This document shows, in pieces, positions 1-8,732 of a stretch of DNA of 64,000 nt (positions within the stretch are counted from its first letter, which is position 1; each line of letters opens with the position of its first letter). The stretch is taken from positions 7-64,006 of the forward strand of contig DATIII010000002.1 in the NCBI GenBank assembly GCA_035479795.1. The letters are read 5' to 3'. This stretch comes from Candidatus Saccharimonadales bacterium. Its GTDB lineage: Bacteria > Patescibacteriota > Saccharimonadia > UBA4664 > SCTI01. The position numbers and the translations under genes were made by a program. The notes below the pieces were generated by a model, which was not told the origin of the DNA, did no database searches, and saw only the letters and a list, made by a program, of their open reading frames with translations.

Positions 1-135
1 AACTACACCTACACTCCCAGCCCAGCCTCCTGTGCTTCCGGTGCGTGTACTTCCTACACCCTGACATCCACCTTGGAAAACACCAAGGATCCGCAGGCTA
101 CCGGTGGTACCTACACCGTCAACTCTGCTAACTAA
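1..135 (+). CDS. C-terminal fragment (truncated by window start) of a secreted/pilin-like protein ending ...CASGACTSYTLTSTLENTKDPQATGGTYTVNSAN*
   Basis: Frame-1 translation is open from nt 1 to TAA at 133-135. Thr/Ser-rich tail with a Cys-X3-Cys pair resembles pilin/pseudopilin C-termini. Confidence 0.3.
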   Translation, partial: NYTYTPSPASCASGACTSYTLTSTLENTKDPQATGGTYTVNSAN

Positions 136-150
136 TAAGATCCAACTAAA

Positions 151-184
151 AAGGACCCCGACCGAAAGGAAGGAGTCCTTTTTA
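151..184. terminator. Putative bidirectional intrinsic terminator between convergent genes
   Basis: Stem AAGGAC(151-156)/GTCCTT(175-180) is preceded by an A-run and followed by TTTTAG. It lies between the end of the upstream + gene and the stop of the - gene at 182. Confidence 0.4.
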
Positions 185-1333
185 GTCGAGGTCGAAGCCC
201 AGCTGATTAGGGTTGGGCGGAGCGTCGGCGGCCGCCGTCACATTCGCCTTGCGAACATAGCGGAAGCCGCTGGCCAGATCTGCTGGCTCAATGATGTTAC
301 CTGTGAAGCCTTGTGGGCCGAGGCGCCTGTCATTTAGCTTGATTTCGCCCCACTTATAGTAGGGGCCGGCGGGTACATTCCAGTTGCAGGTAGTTGAAAA
401 GCGGCAGGTACCGCAGGCACGCAACCATTGGTTAATAGCCGCCGTTTGATCCCATAACAAGTCCTTTTTATACAGGACAGTTGAGCGGTTATCAAATTCG
501 CCTTCCTGACGCCATTCAGCCTCAGGGTTATCCGCGCACTTTGCCTTGGAGTACAGCCAAACAGCATTGCAAAGCTCTAATGGCTCCAGGCCGGCCTCCT
601 CAGCGCACCACAAGTAAAAGTTCCTAATCGCGTCCAGGACGGTATCCGTGTAGACATTACTATCCTGGTCGCCGTACACCTTCACTATTTCATTGGCCAA
701 GGTGACCCGAGCGACATGGATGTCCACGGGGATAGGGAAGTTGAACGGGCTAACGAAGCCCGCATCCATGAAGTAATAGATAATCATGCTGACCATCTTG
801 TGCTGGAAGCCCTTAAAGCCATTGCCGCGGTGGTCGTTGCGAATACGGCGCACGGCTTCATCCCAGGAATCCAGGCCGAGAAAAATATTGCCGGGGTCGG
901 CGTCGTAGCGCTCCACCAGCCGTCGGGCGTTCTCCACCCAGAATTGCGGGGTTTGGCTTTTGCGATAGTTAAGACCGACGGCCTGCAATGCCTGACTCAG
1001 GACCTCCGGGTCCAAGTTAATGGCGTACTCCGGCAGATAATACTCCGGATGCTCATCAAAGATCTTCGACATAGCCTTAACGGCCGTCACGGAGTCCACG
1101 CCGCCGCGCATGTAGTAGTTGATATGAAACAGCAGCAGGCGATGCAGGCGACTGCCAACTTCCAGTGTTTGCGGCATATGCCGAGGGTCCTGCGGCACAA
1201 CCGCGTCGGGCCGATCAAACGGATCGGCTCCCACTCGGTAGAGCTCAAGTATGTCGTACATGACCTCCAGACCCTTTTGCCAAAAGATCCGCGTGCGCAG
1301 CTTGGGTATATTGGTTTTCGAAATAGTTCTCAC
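182..1333 (-). CDS. HhH-GPD superfamily DNA glycosylase-like protein (endonuclease III-like helix-hairpin-helix) with a Cys-rich C-terminal segment
   Basis: 383-aa ORF. The segment FKGFQHKMVSMIIYYFMDAGFVSPFNFPIPVDIHVARV matches the Nth/MutY pattern LPGVG...FG.P.FPVDTHV.RV. C-terminus CGTCRFSTTC suggests a metal cluster. Start codon is GTG or lies downstream. Confidence 0.4.
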   Translation of the reverse strand: MRTISKTNIPKLRTRIFWQKGLEVMYDILELYRVGADPFDRPDAVVPQDPRHMPQTLEVGSRLHRLLLFHINYYMRGGVDSVTAVKAMSKIFDEHPEYYLPEYAINLDPEVLSQALQAVGLNYRKSQTPQFWVENARRLVERYDADPGNIFLGLDSWDEAVRRIRNDHRGNGFKGFQHKMVSMIIYYFMDAGFVSPFNFPIPVDIHVARVTLANEIVKVYGDQDSNVYTDTVLDAIRNFYLWCAEEAGLEPLELCNAVWLYSKAKCADNPEAEWRQEGEFDNRSTVLYKKDLLWDQTAAINQWLRACGTCRFSTTCNWNVPAGPYYKWGEIKLNDRRLGPQGFTGNIIEPADLASGFRYVRKANVTAAADAPPNPNQLGFDLD

Positions 1334-1421
1334 CTCCTCTCTATGTGAAGAGAGGGTGTCAAAGGGCTTAAACGCTACCGAGTATACCAGATATGGCCGG
1401 TGACCGTTATAATCAGATCTG

Positions 1422-1988
1422 ATGAAACGCTACCGATATCGCCGAATTTCAATTTGGACGCTAATTATCGCCATCTTGACCTTGCTGGGAGCCGGAGTCA
1501 CCCAAAAAGGGCAGGTAGTACTGCCGACTCTTTCGTCACAACCGGGTTTTTACCCAGTGACGCACGTGACTGATGGCGATACCATTGAGGTCAATTTAGC
1601 TGGGAAAAATGAGATCGTAAGGCTCATTGGGATCGACACGCCGGAGGAAAAAGATCCACGCAAGCCGGTTCAATGCTATGCCTTGGCCGCTGCCCAGCAT
1701 ATGCAGCAGCTAGCGGGAGACAAGAGTGTGCGCTTGGAAGCCGACCCGGATACCAGCGACCGTGATAAATATAACCGGCTACTTCGCTACGTCTATCTAT
1801 CCGACGGTACCTTTGTAAACCAGGCTCAAGTTCAGCAGGGCTACGGCTTTGCTTACACCATTTTCCCAAACTCCAAATTAGATCAGTTTCGAGCCTGGGA
1901 GCGCGAAGCCCGGGGGGCTAATCGTGGCCTGTGGGCCGGCTGCCAAATTCACTCCGAAGGTGAGAAAGAACAAACTAACGACCAATGA
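1422..1988 (+). CDS. Thermonuclease (staphylococcal nuclease / SNase homologue) with an N-terminal membrane anchor
   Basis: Motifs HVTDGDTIEV, RLIGIDTPEE and RLLRYVYL...GLW match the SNase fold and its Ca-binding residues. A transmembrane segment is at residues 10-28. Confidence 0.8.
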   Translation: MKRYRYRRISIWTLIIAILTLLGAGVTQKGQVVLPTLSSQPGFYPVTHVTDGDTIEVNLAGKNEIVRLIGIDTPEEKDPRKPVQCYALAAAQHMQQLAGDKSVRLEADPDTSDRDKYNRLLRYVYLSDGTFVNQAQVQQGYGFAYTIFPNSKLDQFRAWEREARGANRGLWAGCQIHSEGEKEQTNDQ

Positions 1989-1992
1989 TCGT

Positions 1993-2379
1993 CTAGGAGA
2001 TCGGGGCTTCGGGTTTGCCAATCTTGGCGCTAAGGATCACCTGACGCACCTCACCATCCTTATCCTTAATTTGAGTGTCCTGAGTTTCATTGTAATAAGC
2101 TACCAAATGATGGCTCATAATTTCGGCTAAGTCTTTTTGCTTAAATTTTAGCTCTTCGAGTTCAGAATTAACGGTTTGAAAATCACGATCAGCCTCCAGC
2201 AGTTTTTTTGCCTGCTGACGTTTGGCTGTTAGCTCCTTAATTTCTTCTTGAAGCTTCTGGTACTCCTGATTCTGCAGTAGCACATCTTTGAGATTATCGC
2301 GCATTACCTTGATTTGATTGCGGACCTCGTCCATCTCTTCCATTACGCGGTGTACGGCATCAACTGTCTTTTCGTCCAT
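1993..2379 (-). CDS. Hypothetical coiled-coil protein
   Basis: 128-aa ORF, highly charged with heptad-like KELTAKRQQAKKLLEADRDFQTVNSELEELKFKQKDL. No recognisable enzyme motif. Confidence 0.45.
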   Translation of the reverse strand: MDEKTVDAVHRVMEEMDEVRNQIKVMRDNLKDVLLQNQEYQKLQEEIKELTAKRQQAKKLLEADRDFQTVNSELEELKFKQKDLAEIMSHHLVAYYNETQDTQIKDKDGEVRQVILSAKIGKPEAPIS

Positions 2380-2433
2380 TTGTTTTCCCTTAATTCTTTA
2401 ACGAGTATAGCAAACAAAATGCGTCTAATTGCT

Positions 2434-2483
2434 TTGACTTTTATATCTGTCAGGTGTTAAATATCAAAACTGTTCCCTGACAA
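2434..2483 (+). promoter_or_regulatory. Sigma70-like promoter (TTGACT-18-TAAATA) overlapped by an inverted repeat CTGTCAGG...CCTGACAA; candidate operator for the 2492-3189 operon
   Basis: -35 TTGACT at 2434-2439, -10 TAAATA at 2458-2463. Inverted-repeat arms at 2447-2454 and 2476-2483 (7/8 complementary). SD-like aaaggaa precedes ATG 2492. Confidence 0.35.
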
Positions 2484-2491
2484 AGGAAATT

Positions 2492-2878
2492 ATGCCTGCA
2501 ACAAAGCTTCAGCACGGCTGCTACAGCCTAAGAAGCGCTTTCTCCATCATCCAGCACGCCCATGCCGGAGCACCGATGGGCTATATCGAGGCCTTGGAAG
2601 TCGCCGACGCGCCTGACGGCAAGCATCGGATTGTGCTTTGCCACTACAACGGCAACCGCGGCCACTACAGGTTCGTGGAGTTCGAGAGTGTTGAAGACAC
2701 GGTCCGTGAAGTCAATCGGCTGCAATGGGGCTCGCGGGCAGCCACGGACGAGGAGTTCTATGCTTCTCGCGACGGCTTTGTGCGCTTCGTGGCACTGGAA
2801 GAAAACCAGGCCCCGTGGTTCTACGCAGAAGACGTCACCAACGTGACAAGCGACTGCGATTTCGTGATCGAAACATGA
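2492..2878 (+). CDS. Hypothetical protein (128 aa), first gene of a two-gene high-GC operon
   Basis: ATG with upstream aaaggaa and balanced amino-acid composition. Stop TGA overlaps the next ATG (ATGA). No family recognised. Confidence 0.45.
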   Translation: MPATKLQHGCYSLRSAFSIIQHAHAGAPMGYIEALEVADAPDGKHRIVLCHYNGNRGHYRFVEFESVEDTVREVNRLQWGSRAATDEEFYASRDGFVRFVALEENQAPWFYAEDVTNVTSDCDFVIET

Positions 2879-3189
2879 GCGAGTCCAAACGCGCTCACTC
2901 AGGACGGACCATCAGCTTTCTGTTTCGCTCGAGGCGTAAAGAGAACAGCGATCGGGGCATGCTTGAGATCAACCGCAAAACCAGCGTTCTGGTCACAGTC
3001 ACAAATGTCGACGACGAGCAGGCTCGAGTCACGGTCCGAACCACGGTTAATGACCATGGAGGACCACTTGATCAAACCGGCTTTATTGCGCCCAGGACCA
3101 TGCCCAGATCTGAAGTCCACGCTTTTGTCAGCGGGGTGGCTGCACTATCGCTGGCATTTACCGGCCGCGAACCGGAGGTGAAGACTTAG
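2875..3189 (+). CDS. Hypothetical protein (104 aa), translationally coupled to the upstream gene
   Basis: ATG at 2875 overlaps the preceding stop by 4 bp (ATGA). Followed by an intrinsic terminator. No family recognised. Confidence 0.4.
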   Translation: MSESKRAHSGRTISFLFRSRRKENSDRGMLEINRKTSVLVTVTNVDDEQARVTVRTTVNDHGGPLDQTGFIAPRTMPRSEVHAFVSGVAALSLAFTGREPEVKT

Positions 3190-3194
3190 GCGGT

Positions 3195-3221
3195 GGCAGG
3201 GAAACCTGCTGCCGCTTTTTT
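3195..3221 (+). terminator. Intrinsic terminator of the 2492-3189 operon
   Basis: Stem GGCAG(3195-3199)/CTGCC(3209-3213) followed by TTTTTT (3216-3221). Confidence 0.55.
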
Positions 3222-3224
3222 AAT

Positions 3225-3264
3225 GAAAAACTGAGGCGCTCCGGTCGTATATGAACGGAGCGCC
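3225..3264 (-). terminator. Intrinsic terminator of the minus-strand gene 3289-3591
   Basis: Perfect 9-bp stem GGCGCTCCG(3235-3243)/CGGAGCGCC(3256-3264). On the minus strand it is followed by a U-run (complement of GAAAAA at 3225-3230). Confidence 0.55.
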
Positions 3265-3288
3265 TATTCGGCTGGATGCGACCAAGCG

Positions 3289-3591
3289 TCAGACTCGAGA
3301 CCTGGTCGCACCAAGGGCGGCAAGGGGCCCGCCCCAGCGCCGAAGATGATCGCGGGTCCTGTTGTAGAGGCGATCTTCAAGATCGCTGTCGGGTCGCTGC
3401 GACTCCTTTTCGAAGCGTTTGAGCGCCAACCCGGGGTTGTCGCCGGAGCTGACCATCCAGCTCACCGCCTCGAACTCGCCGGTCTCGCGGTCGTTGTGCG
3501 GATGACCGCTGGCTGCCTCGTATCGCTCTTTGGCTTCGGGGTAGGAGTTGCCCCGGCCGCGGAACAGGCCCATCGCACGCTTGAGCATCAA
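3289..3591 (-). CDS. Hypothetical small Ala/Glu-rich acidic protein (100 aa)
   Basis: Strong SD AAGGGAG 5 nt upstream of the ATG. A terminator lies downstream. It is convergent with the 2492-3189 operon. No family recognised. Confidence 0.5.
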   Translation of the reverse strand: MMLKRAMGLFRGRGNSYPEAKERYEAASGHPHNDRETGEFEAVSWMVSSGDNPGLALKRFEKESQRPDSDLEDRLYNRTRDHLRRWGGPLAALGATRSRV

Positions 3592-3652
3592 TGCTCCCTT
3601 CTTTCGGAGTGAACGTGCTTATGCCAAAAATACTCCCGCCACTTATTGGTTG

Positions 3653-4912
3653 TCAACCAATAATAAATAGGCGATTTTCGGCACGAGTTACGGCTGTATA
3701 GAGCCAGCGGCGCCAGTCTTCATCGCTCATATGCTTGTTACGCTCTTCAAACACAATCACCGTATCAGCCGACGATCCTTGGGCTTTGTGAACGGTCAGG
3801 GCATAGGCGAAGTCAAACAAGTCACCTTTAATTTTTTTATCAGGTGTCTTCGGTAATTCTTTAACTGTTTCGCGGGCCCCAAATTGTTCACGCAGTAGCA
3901 AACCTTCATACTCAAAATCATCGATTTTTAAGCCCACCTGCCACCACTTCTCCTCATCGTCAGCCTCGGCCTTGTTTATCCAGCGCACCGAACCAGTCAT
4001 GCCGTTGTACAGCTTGGCCCGACTATTATTGCGTAGACAGACAACATGATCGCCTGACACTGGATCGGCTGACTCAAACCCCATGCGGCCGCGTAGCGAC
4101 TCATTGAGCCGGACTCGAGTGTGGTTGTAGCCACACAACACCAGCCAATCCGGCCGCCACTGCTCGAGCAGCTCATCCATGACCACGCCAATATCATCCG
4201 CCCCACGATCAATCTTAATAACTTCGCTGCCATAGCTGCCAGCCGGAATCTCTCCGGTAGTGCGGGCCAATGTAGCTGCTTGCACGATCCCTGAGCCTGC
4301 AGCCTGTCGATAAACCGCTTCCAGACGCAGCTGCGGATCGGCCATCAGATTAAAGCTAGATCCAACAGGCGGCAGTTGGCCATGATCGCCAACCGCTAGA
4401 ATCGGAATGCCAAATGACAACAGGTCCTTCCAAATATCGGCGGTAACCATACTAGCCTCATCGACGATTATCAGATCAAATTCTAGCTCTTTCTTTTTGC
4501 GCCAACCGGTAATCCGGCCGCCGGAGTCGGTTTCGGTATGGTAGATCAGGCCATGAATGGTCGATATATTGTCAGACTTTTTGGCAATGCGATGGCTCTT
4601 TAGAGTCTTTTCCAGCACCCGCACGGCCTTACCGGTATAGGCACAAAAGGCGACCTTGGCATCCGGATCGTTCTGACGCAGCGCCTGGCGAACATAGGCT
4701 ATCAAGGTAGTTTTGCCCGTACCAGCGTACCCACCCAGCGTTATAAATGGCTCAGATTTGGTTCGGTACCACCGGCCAATTGTCTGGAGGGCTTCAATCT
4801 GTTGTCTTGATAACTCGTAACTCACAAAGCCAAGTGTACCAAACTCCAGCATCCAAAAAATCCAGACATTTTGCGCCAGGGCGTTGGAATTAGTGCTAAT
4901 GCTGAGTATCAA
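3653..4912 (-). CDS. SF1B ATP-dependent DNA helicase, phage T4 Dda/RecD-like (AAA_30 + UvrD_C_2 architecture)
   Basis: Walker A GGYAGTGKTT, Walker B IIVDEASMV, and motifs ILAVGDHGQLPPV and YALTVHKAQGSSADTV...YTAVTRA. Length about 420 aa, like Dda. Start is TTG at 4912 or an internal ATG. Confidence 0.8.
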   Translation of the reverse strand: MILSISTNSNALAQNVWIFWMLEFGTLGFVSYELSRQQIEALQTIGRWYRTKSEPFITLGGYAGTGKTTLIAYVRQALRQNDPDAKVAFCAYTGKAVRVLEKTLKSHRIAKKSDNISTIHGLIYHTETDSGGRITGWRKKKELEFDLIIVDEASMVTADIWKDLLSFGIPILAVGDHGQLPPVGSSFNLMADPQLRLEAVYRQAAGSGIVQAATLARTTGEIPAGSYGSEVIKIDRGADDIGVVMDELLEQWRPDWLVLCGYNHTRVRLNESLRGRMGFESADPVSGDHVVCLRNNSRAKLYNGMTGSVRWINKAEADDEEKWWQVGLKIDDFEYEGLLLREQFGARETVKELPKTPDKKIKGDLFDFAYALTVHKAQGSSADTVIVFEERNKHMSDEDWRRWLYTAVTRAENRLFIIG

Positions 4913-4955
4913 ATGAATGCCATAGGATAAATTTAATTAGCTGGGAGGGCTTAGT

Positions 4956-5177
4956 ATGGAAGGAACTGCCGAAAGGAGACACCGTTTGGCGCAGTGGGCC
5001 GCCAAGATCTTGGATTCGGATCTGGACGCCCTGGCCAAGGCGCGCAAACTAGTGGCGCTAGGTTATGACGACGCCGAGGCCGACGAGTTGGTAATGCGTA
5101 GTCAGTTTGCAGCGCAGCAGCCGGTCTACTATGAACAGCTGCCGAACGCCGACTATGCACCGGACAGTGACGAGTGA
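4956..5177 (+). CDS. Hypothetical small acidic protein (73 aa)
   Basis: SD GGGAGGG 7 nt upstream of the ATG. Balanced composition. Confidence 0.4.
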   Translation: MEGTAERRHRLAQWAAKILDSDLDALAKARKLVALGYDDAEADELVMRSQFAAQQPVYYEQLPNADYAPDSDE

Positions 5178-5260
5178 TCAGTTACAAGTAACAAGGATTT
5201 GGTTTCGAGCCGCTTGTCACGTGTTACATGCTACTTGTAACTTTCGTGTAAACTGTTGGC

Positions 5261-6055
5261 ATGAAGATTTATTCCTGGAATGTCAATGGCATTCGCGCCG
5301 TTCATAACAAAGGCTTGTTTTTACCATTTATCGAGCAACATCAGCCCGATATTTTGTGCTTGCAGGAGACCAAGGCAGCCCAACACCAGTCACCAGTAGA
5401 GGTGCCGGGCTATACCGAGCATTGGAATTCGGCCGAGAAACCGGGATATTCCGGCACGGCCATCTTTACCAAGCATCAGCCAGTGGCGGTTATTAATGGC
5501 TTTCCTGAAGATCTAATTGAAAAATACCACCTGACAGGTGATGTTTACGGCGACCCTAATAAAGAGGGACGGGTGGTGGCAGCCGAATTCGACAGCTTCT
5601 ACGTTGTCACCGTCTACACACCCAATGCCAAAGATGATTTATCGCGCATCCCGTTACGCCAAAAATGGGACCCGGCTTTTTTGGAATACTGCTTGCGGCT
5701 GGAAAAAACAAAGCCAGTAATTTTCTGCGGCGACCTTAACGTGGCCCATACCGAAGATGATCTGGCTCGCCCCAAGCCTAATAAAGGCAAGAAGGGTTTT
5801 ACCGAAGAAGAGCGCGGGGGATTCCAGAGCTTTTTAGACCATGGATTCGTTGACACCTTCCGGCTGTTCCACCAGGGCAACGGCCACTATACCTGGTGGA
5901 CTCACTGGGGAAATGCCAGGGCTAACAACGTCGGCTGGCGGATTGACTATTTGTTGGCCTCCAAAGCTCTGAAAGGCAAGATCGCCAAGGCCGAAATCCA
6001 TGCCGATGTCATGGGCTCCGACCATTGCCCAATCTCTCTGACACTTGAGGGCTAA
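5261..6055 (+). CDS. xth: Exodeoxyribonuclease III (AP endonuclease, EEP family)
   Basis: Motifs MKIYSWNVNGIRA, LCLQETK, the CGDLNVAH catalytic region, and C-terminal SDHCPI. Confidence 0.9.
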   Translation: MKIYSWNVNGIRAVHNKGLFLPFIEQHQPDILCLQETKAAQHQSPVEVPGYTEHWNSAEKPGYSGTAIFTKHQPVAVINGFPEDLIEKYHLTGDVYGDPNKEGRVVAAEFDSFYVVTVYTPNAKDDLSRIPLRQKWDPAFLEYCLRLEKTKPVIFCGDLNVAHTEDDLARPKPNKGKKGFTEEERGGFQSFLDHGFVDTFRLFHQGNGHYTWWTHWGNARANNVGWRIDYLLASKALKGKIAKAEIHADVMGSDHCPISLTLEG

Positions 6056-6907
6056 GTGAATTTCTTAAAGCAGGCGGAAGAGCCGCTTTTCCCGGACATC
6101 CTCTGGAATCGACCACTCGTCAAAAATCGGGGAGGCCGCCTGTTGGCTCTCGGTGGTCACTCACGCGGTTTTGCGGCCATCCAGGCGGTTTTCCAGTTGG
6201 CCGAAGCCGCCGGGATCGGCGAGTGCTTGATTGGTATTCCCGACAGTCTGGCCAAGTTAGTGGGTGATGCCCCCGAAATCATGGGCTTACCGGCCAGCCC
6301 ATCAGGATCCCTGGGCAAGGCGGCACTGGGCGAAGTTCTCCATACGGTGGCCGATTGCGATGGTCTACTAGTGGGTCTGGATTTAACCAACAATTCTGAA
6401 ACAGCCGTTTTAGTCGAATCCGTTCTGCAGAAGGCCGAAAAGCCAATCATGATGACCGAGGAAGCCCTGGATACTTTGCCTGGTTCGGCCCAGGTTATCA
6501 CTGAGAATGCAGAGGCTGTTTTGATTGGTAGTATGAATGCCATTATTGCCGTTGCCAATCGAAACAAGTTGGCCCTGCAACTTCGACCAGAGAAACAGCT
6601 AATTGGCCGGATTGAAGCCGTCCAGCAAATCGCAGACGCAGCTAAATGCGCTCTGGTAATAATTGGACGCGAGATTATTGTCTGTGCTGATGGCCAAACC
6701 AGCATCACGCCCCAGCGGGGTGATGCGTCGGACCATCCGGCCGTGCAAGCAGTGTTTGCTCCATTCTGGTTGCAAAATAAATCTAAACGCTTCGAAGCTC
6801 TGACCACGGCTGCCTTCGTTTTAAGCAAGTCACTACCCGCCGATCAAGATCTGACCTACGGCCAGATCGCGGGGAGTATTCGCACGGCCCTGCAGCATTT
6901 CAGTTAA
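6056..6907 (+). CDS. YjeF C-terminal-like / carbohydrate-kinase-fold protein (possible NAD(P)HX dehydratase-like, divergent)
   Basis: Spacing of GG....A...A..AA.G motifs, LLVGLDL, and DAL...P resembles Nnr2/YjeF_C. The canonical C-terminal GxGDxLxG is absent. Confidence 0.35.
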   Translation: MNFLKQAEEPLFPDILWNRPLVKNRGGRLLALGGHSRGFAAIQAVFQLAEAAGIGECLIGIPDSLAKLVGDAPEIMGLPASPSGSLGKAALGEVLHTVADCDGLLVGLDLTNNSETAVLVESVLQKAEKPIMMTEEALDTLPGSAQVITENAEAVLIGSMNAIIAVANRNKLALQLRPEKQLIGRIEAVQQIADAAKCALVIIGREIIVCADGQTSITPQRGDASDHPAVQAVFAPFWLQNKSKRFEALTTAAFVLSKSLPADQDLTYGQIAGSIRTALQHFS

Positions 6908-6940
6908 CCTCCGGCTGAAAAATGTTATGCTATAGAGGTA

Positions 6941-7960
6941 ATGCTTACCGCCAAGTCGGAAAGTCGTGGAGTTCGCAGCATGGATGGCCTTCGTCGATCG
7001 CGGCCGCTACTGCAGCCTGCCCAGTCTCTGGCAGGCCGACCGATCACTCTAGCTGGCACACCGCCACAAGAGCCAATTGAGCCAGCTGCTGTTTTGGCCA
7101 CGACCAACATTGTCGTACCTCGCCGTAATTTAAAGCCATACATCTTAACCGCTGCCTTTAGCGCGGCTGTGCTTTCGGTAACGCCAATTTACAATTACCT
7201 TCAGCAACCCAACGTGGCCTTTGATCAACTGGTTGTCAAAACCATTAACATCGTCCACCCCCAGCCTATAGTGACTGTCGAGTGGGCAAAAATTGATTCA
7301 AGTCTTCCAGCTCTAATTAACTCATCCTCTGGCCTAAAAATAGGGGTATCGGTTATTGATCTTTCAACTGGCAAGCAAAGCAGTTATGGCGAGACCGGGG
7401 CCTTTACTGGTGCCAGCACCACCAAGGTTGTAACCGCCATCGCCTTCTTGCAGATGGTGGAACAAGGGAAAGTCAGCCTATCTGAGAAGCTCGGGAGTAG
7501 TCCAGCAGATTACCAGCTACGCCAGATGATCCAACGCAGCAATAATGATTCATGGGCGCTCCTGAACGCGCGAGTGGGTACGGCCAGCCTACAAAAGCTG
7601 GCGCCAAGTTATGGGGCCAATTCTTATAAGTACATCGGCAATAAGATTTCCGCCGCCGATGATGCAACCATGCTTGCCAGACTATATCAGGGCAAGTTAC
7701 TCAATGCCGACCACACGCAGCTGCTGCTTTCGTACATGCAGAACACCAACAATGAGCAATTAATTGCCGGATCTGATTTGCCATCTGGCGCCACCGTTTA
7801 CCATAAATACGGCCAGCTTGACGAGAACCTGCATGACACCTCGATAATTAAAATTGACGGCCGGCCGCTTATCCTTTCCATCTACACCGCGGGAAGCGGG
7901 GACTATACCACGCGGACCAATCTCATACACCAAATTACCGATTTAGTCATAGCCAAATAG
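6941..7960 (+). CDS. Class A beta-lactamase-like serine hydrolase (penicillin-binding fold)
   Basis: SxxK as STTK, SxN as SNND, and a KTG-like KYG motif. N-terminal hydrophobic segment. Confidence 0.55.
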   Translation: MLTAKSESRGVRSMDGLRRSRPLLQPAQSLAGRPITLAGTPPQEPIEPAAVLATTNIVVPRRNLKPYILTAAFSAAVLSVTPIYNYLQQPNVAFDQLVVKTINIVHPQPIVTVEWAKIDSSLPALINSSSGLKIGVSVIDLSTGKQSSYGETGAFTGASTTKVVTAIAFLQMVEQGKVSLSEKLGSSPADYQLRQMIQRSNNDSWALLNARVGTASLQKLAPSYGANSYKYIGNKISAADDATMLARLYQGKLLNADHTQLLLSYMQNTNNEQLIAGSDLPSGATVYHKYGQLDENLHDTSIIKIDGRPLILSIYTAGSGDYTTRTNLIHQITDLVIAK

Positions 7961-7964
7961 TCCG

Positions 7965-8495
7965 ATGCCATCAGAAACCCCAGCCGATTTGCCCACCCAA
8001 GCAAACCAACTAGTAAGTAAAAGCACTGACACTTTCAAGATCGAAATAGTCCAATCAATAATTGCAAGGCGGAGGAACAGTGCTCGATGGGCCGTAGGGA
8101 TAGTTTTGGTGGTATTGTTTGGTTCCACTTATTTTGATAAACACTACGATGCCGAGGCGTTAATCATTGCGGGTTCCATTTTTGTTCCGTGGTTTACAAC
8201 GCTTTATTTCGTCAACGCCGCAAACTGCCTGCAGCCTAGGACATATTATCGGCATTGGAACAAGATTGTGTACTATTCTCTGGCCAAGTTGGCAGTATTT
8301 TTTAATATCATTGATACCACTGGTGATGCGAAAGGAATCTTCAACCCTTGGCACGGCTTAATGGATTCCACCGTGTCTTCTAGACCGACCTTATTAACGG
8401 ACATGGCAATTTCTGCCGGCACTGGCTACAAAATTCAAAGAAGCCTGAAGCCCGCTGAATATATCGAAGCATATTTCAAACAGCAGCTTGGGTGA
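7965..8495 (+). CDS. Hypothetical membrane protein
   Basis: 176-aa ORF with 3-4 predicted transmembrane segments. No family recognised. Confidence 0.35.
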   Translation: MPSETPADLPTQANQLVSKSTDTFKIEIVQSIIARRRNSARWAVGIVLVVLFGSTYFDKHYDAEALIIAGSIFVPWFTTLYFVNAANCLQPRTYYRHWNKIVYYSLAKLAVFFNIIDTTGDAKGIFNPWHGLMDSTVSSRPTLLTDMAISAGTGYKIQRSLKPAEYIEAYFKQQLG

Positions 8496-8559
8496 CTGCC
8501 ACCCCCTCCAGCTTTCGTTTCTCGGCCGATGGGCGGTAGAAAGCTGACTAAATAATTGC

Positions 8560-8646
8560 TGGTACCGCCGGTCGGGCTCGAACCGACATGAGGTTGCCCT
8601 CACGGGATTTTGAGTCCCGCGTGTCTACCAATTCCACCACGGCGGC
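8560..8646 (-). tRNA. tRNA-Leu (anticodon CAA), CCA encoded
   Basis: Reverse-complement folds as a cloverleaf: acceptor GCCGCCG/CGGCGGU, D-arm with GGAATTGGTAG, anticodon loop CUCAAAA, long variable arm, T-loop GGTTCGAGCCC, 3' ACCA. Confidence 0.85.
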
Positions 8647-8732
8647 GTGCTTCTTGAAACCCCTATTGTTTGGTTCCAGAACCTAAAAAGATTATCATAA
8701 AACAACACGGATATGAAAGATAAACCTAGCCC

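Noticed and set aside
8509-8545. Inverted repeat CAGCTTTC...GAAAGCTG after gene 7965-8495, next to tRNA-Leu, as a terminator
   Set aside because: No U-run follows on either strand and the loop is 21 nt. It could still be a Rho-dependent or processing signal, but the evidence is insufficient.
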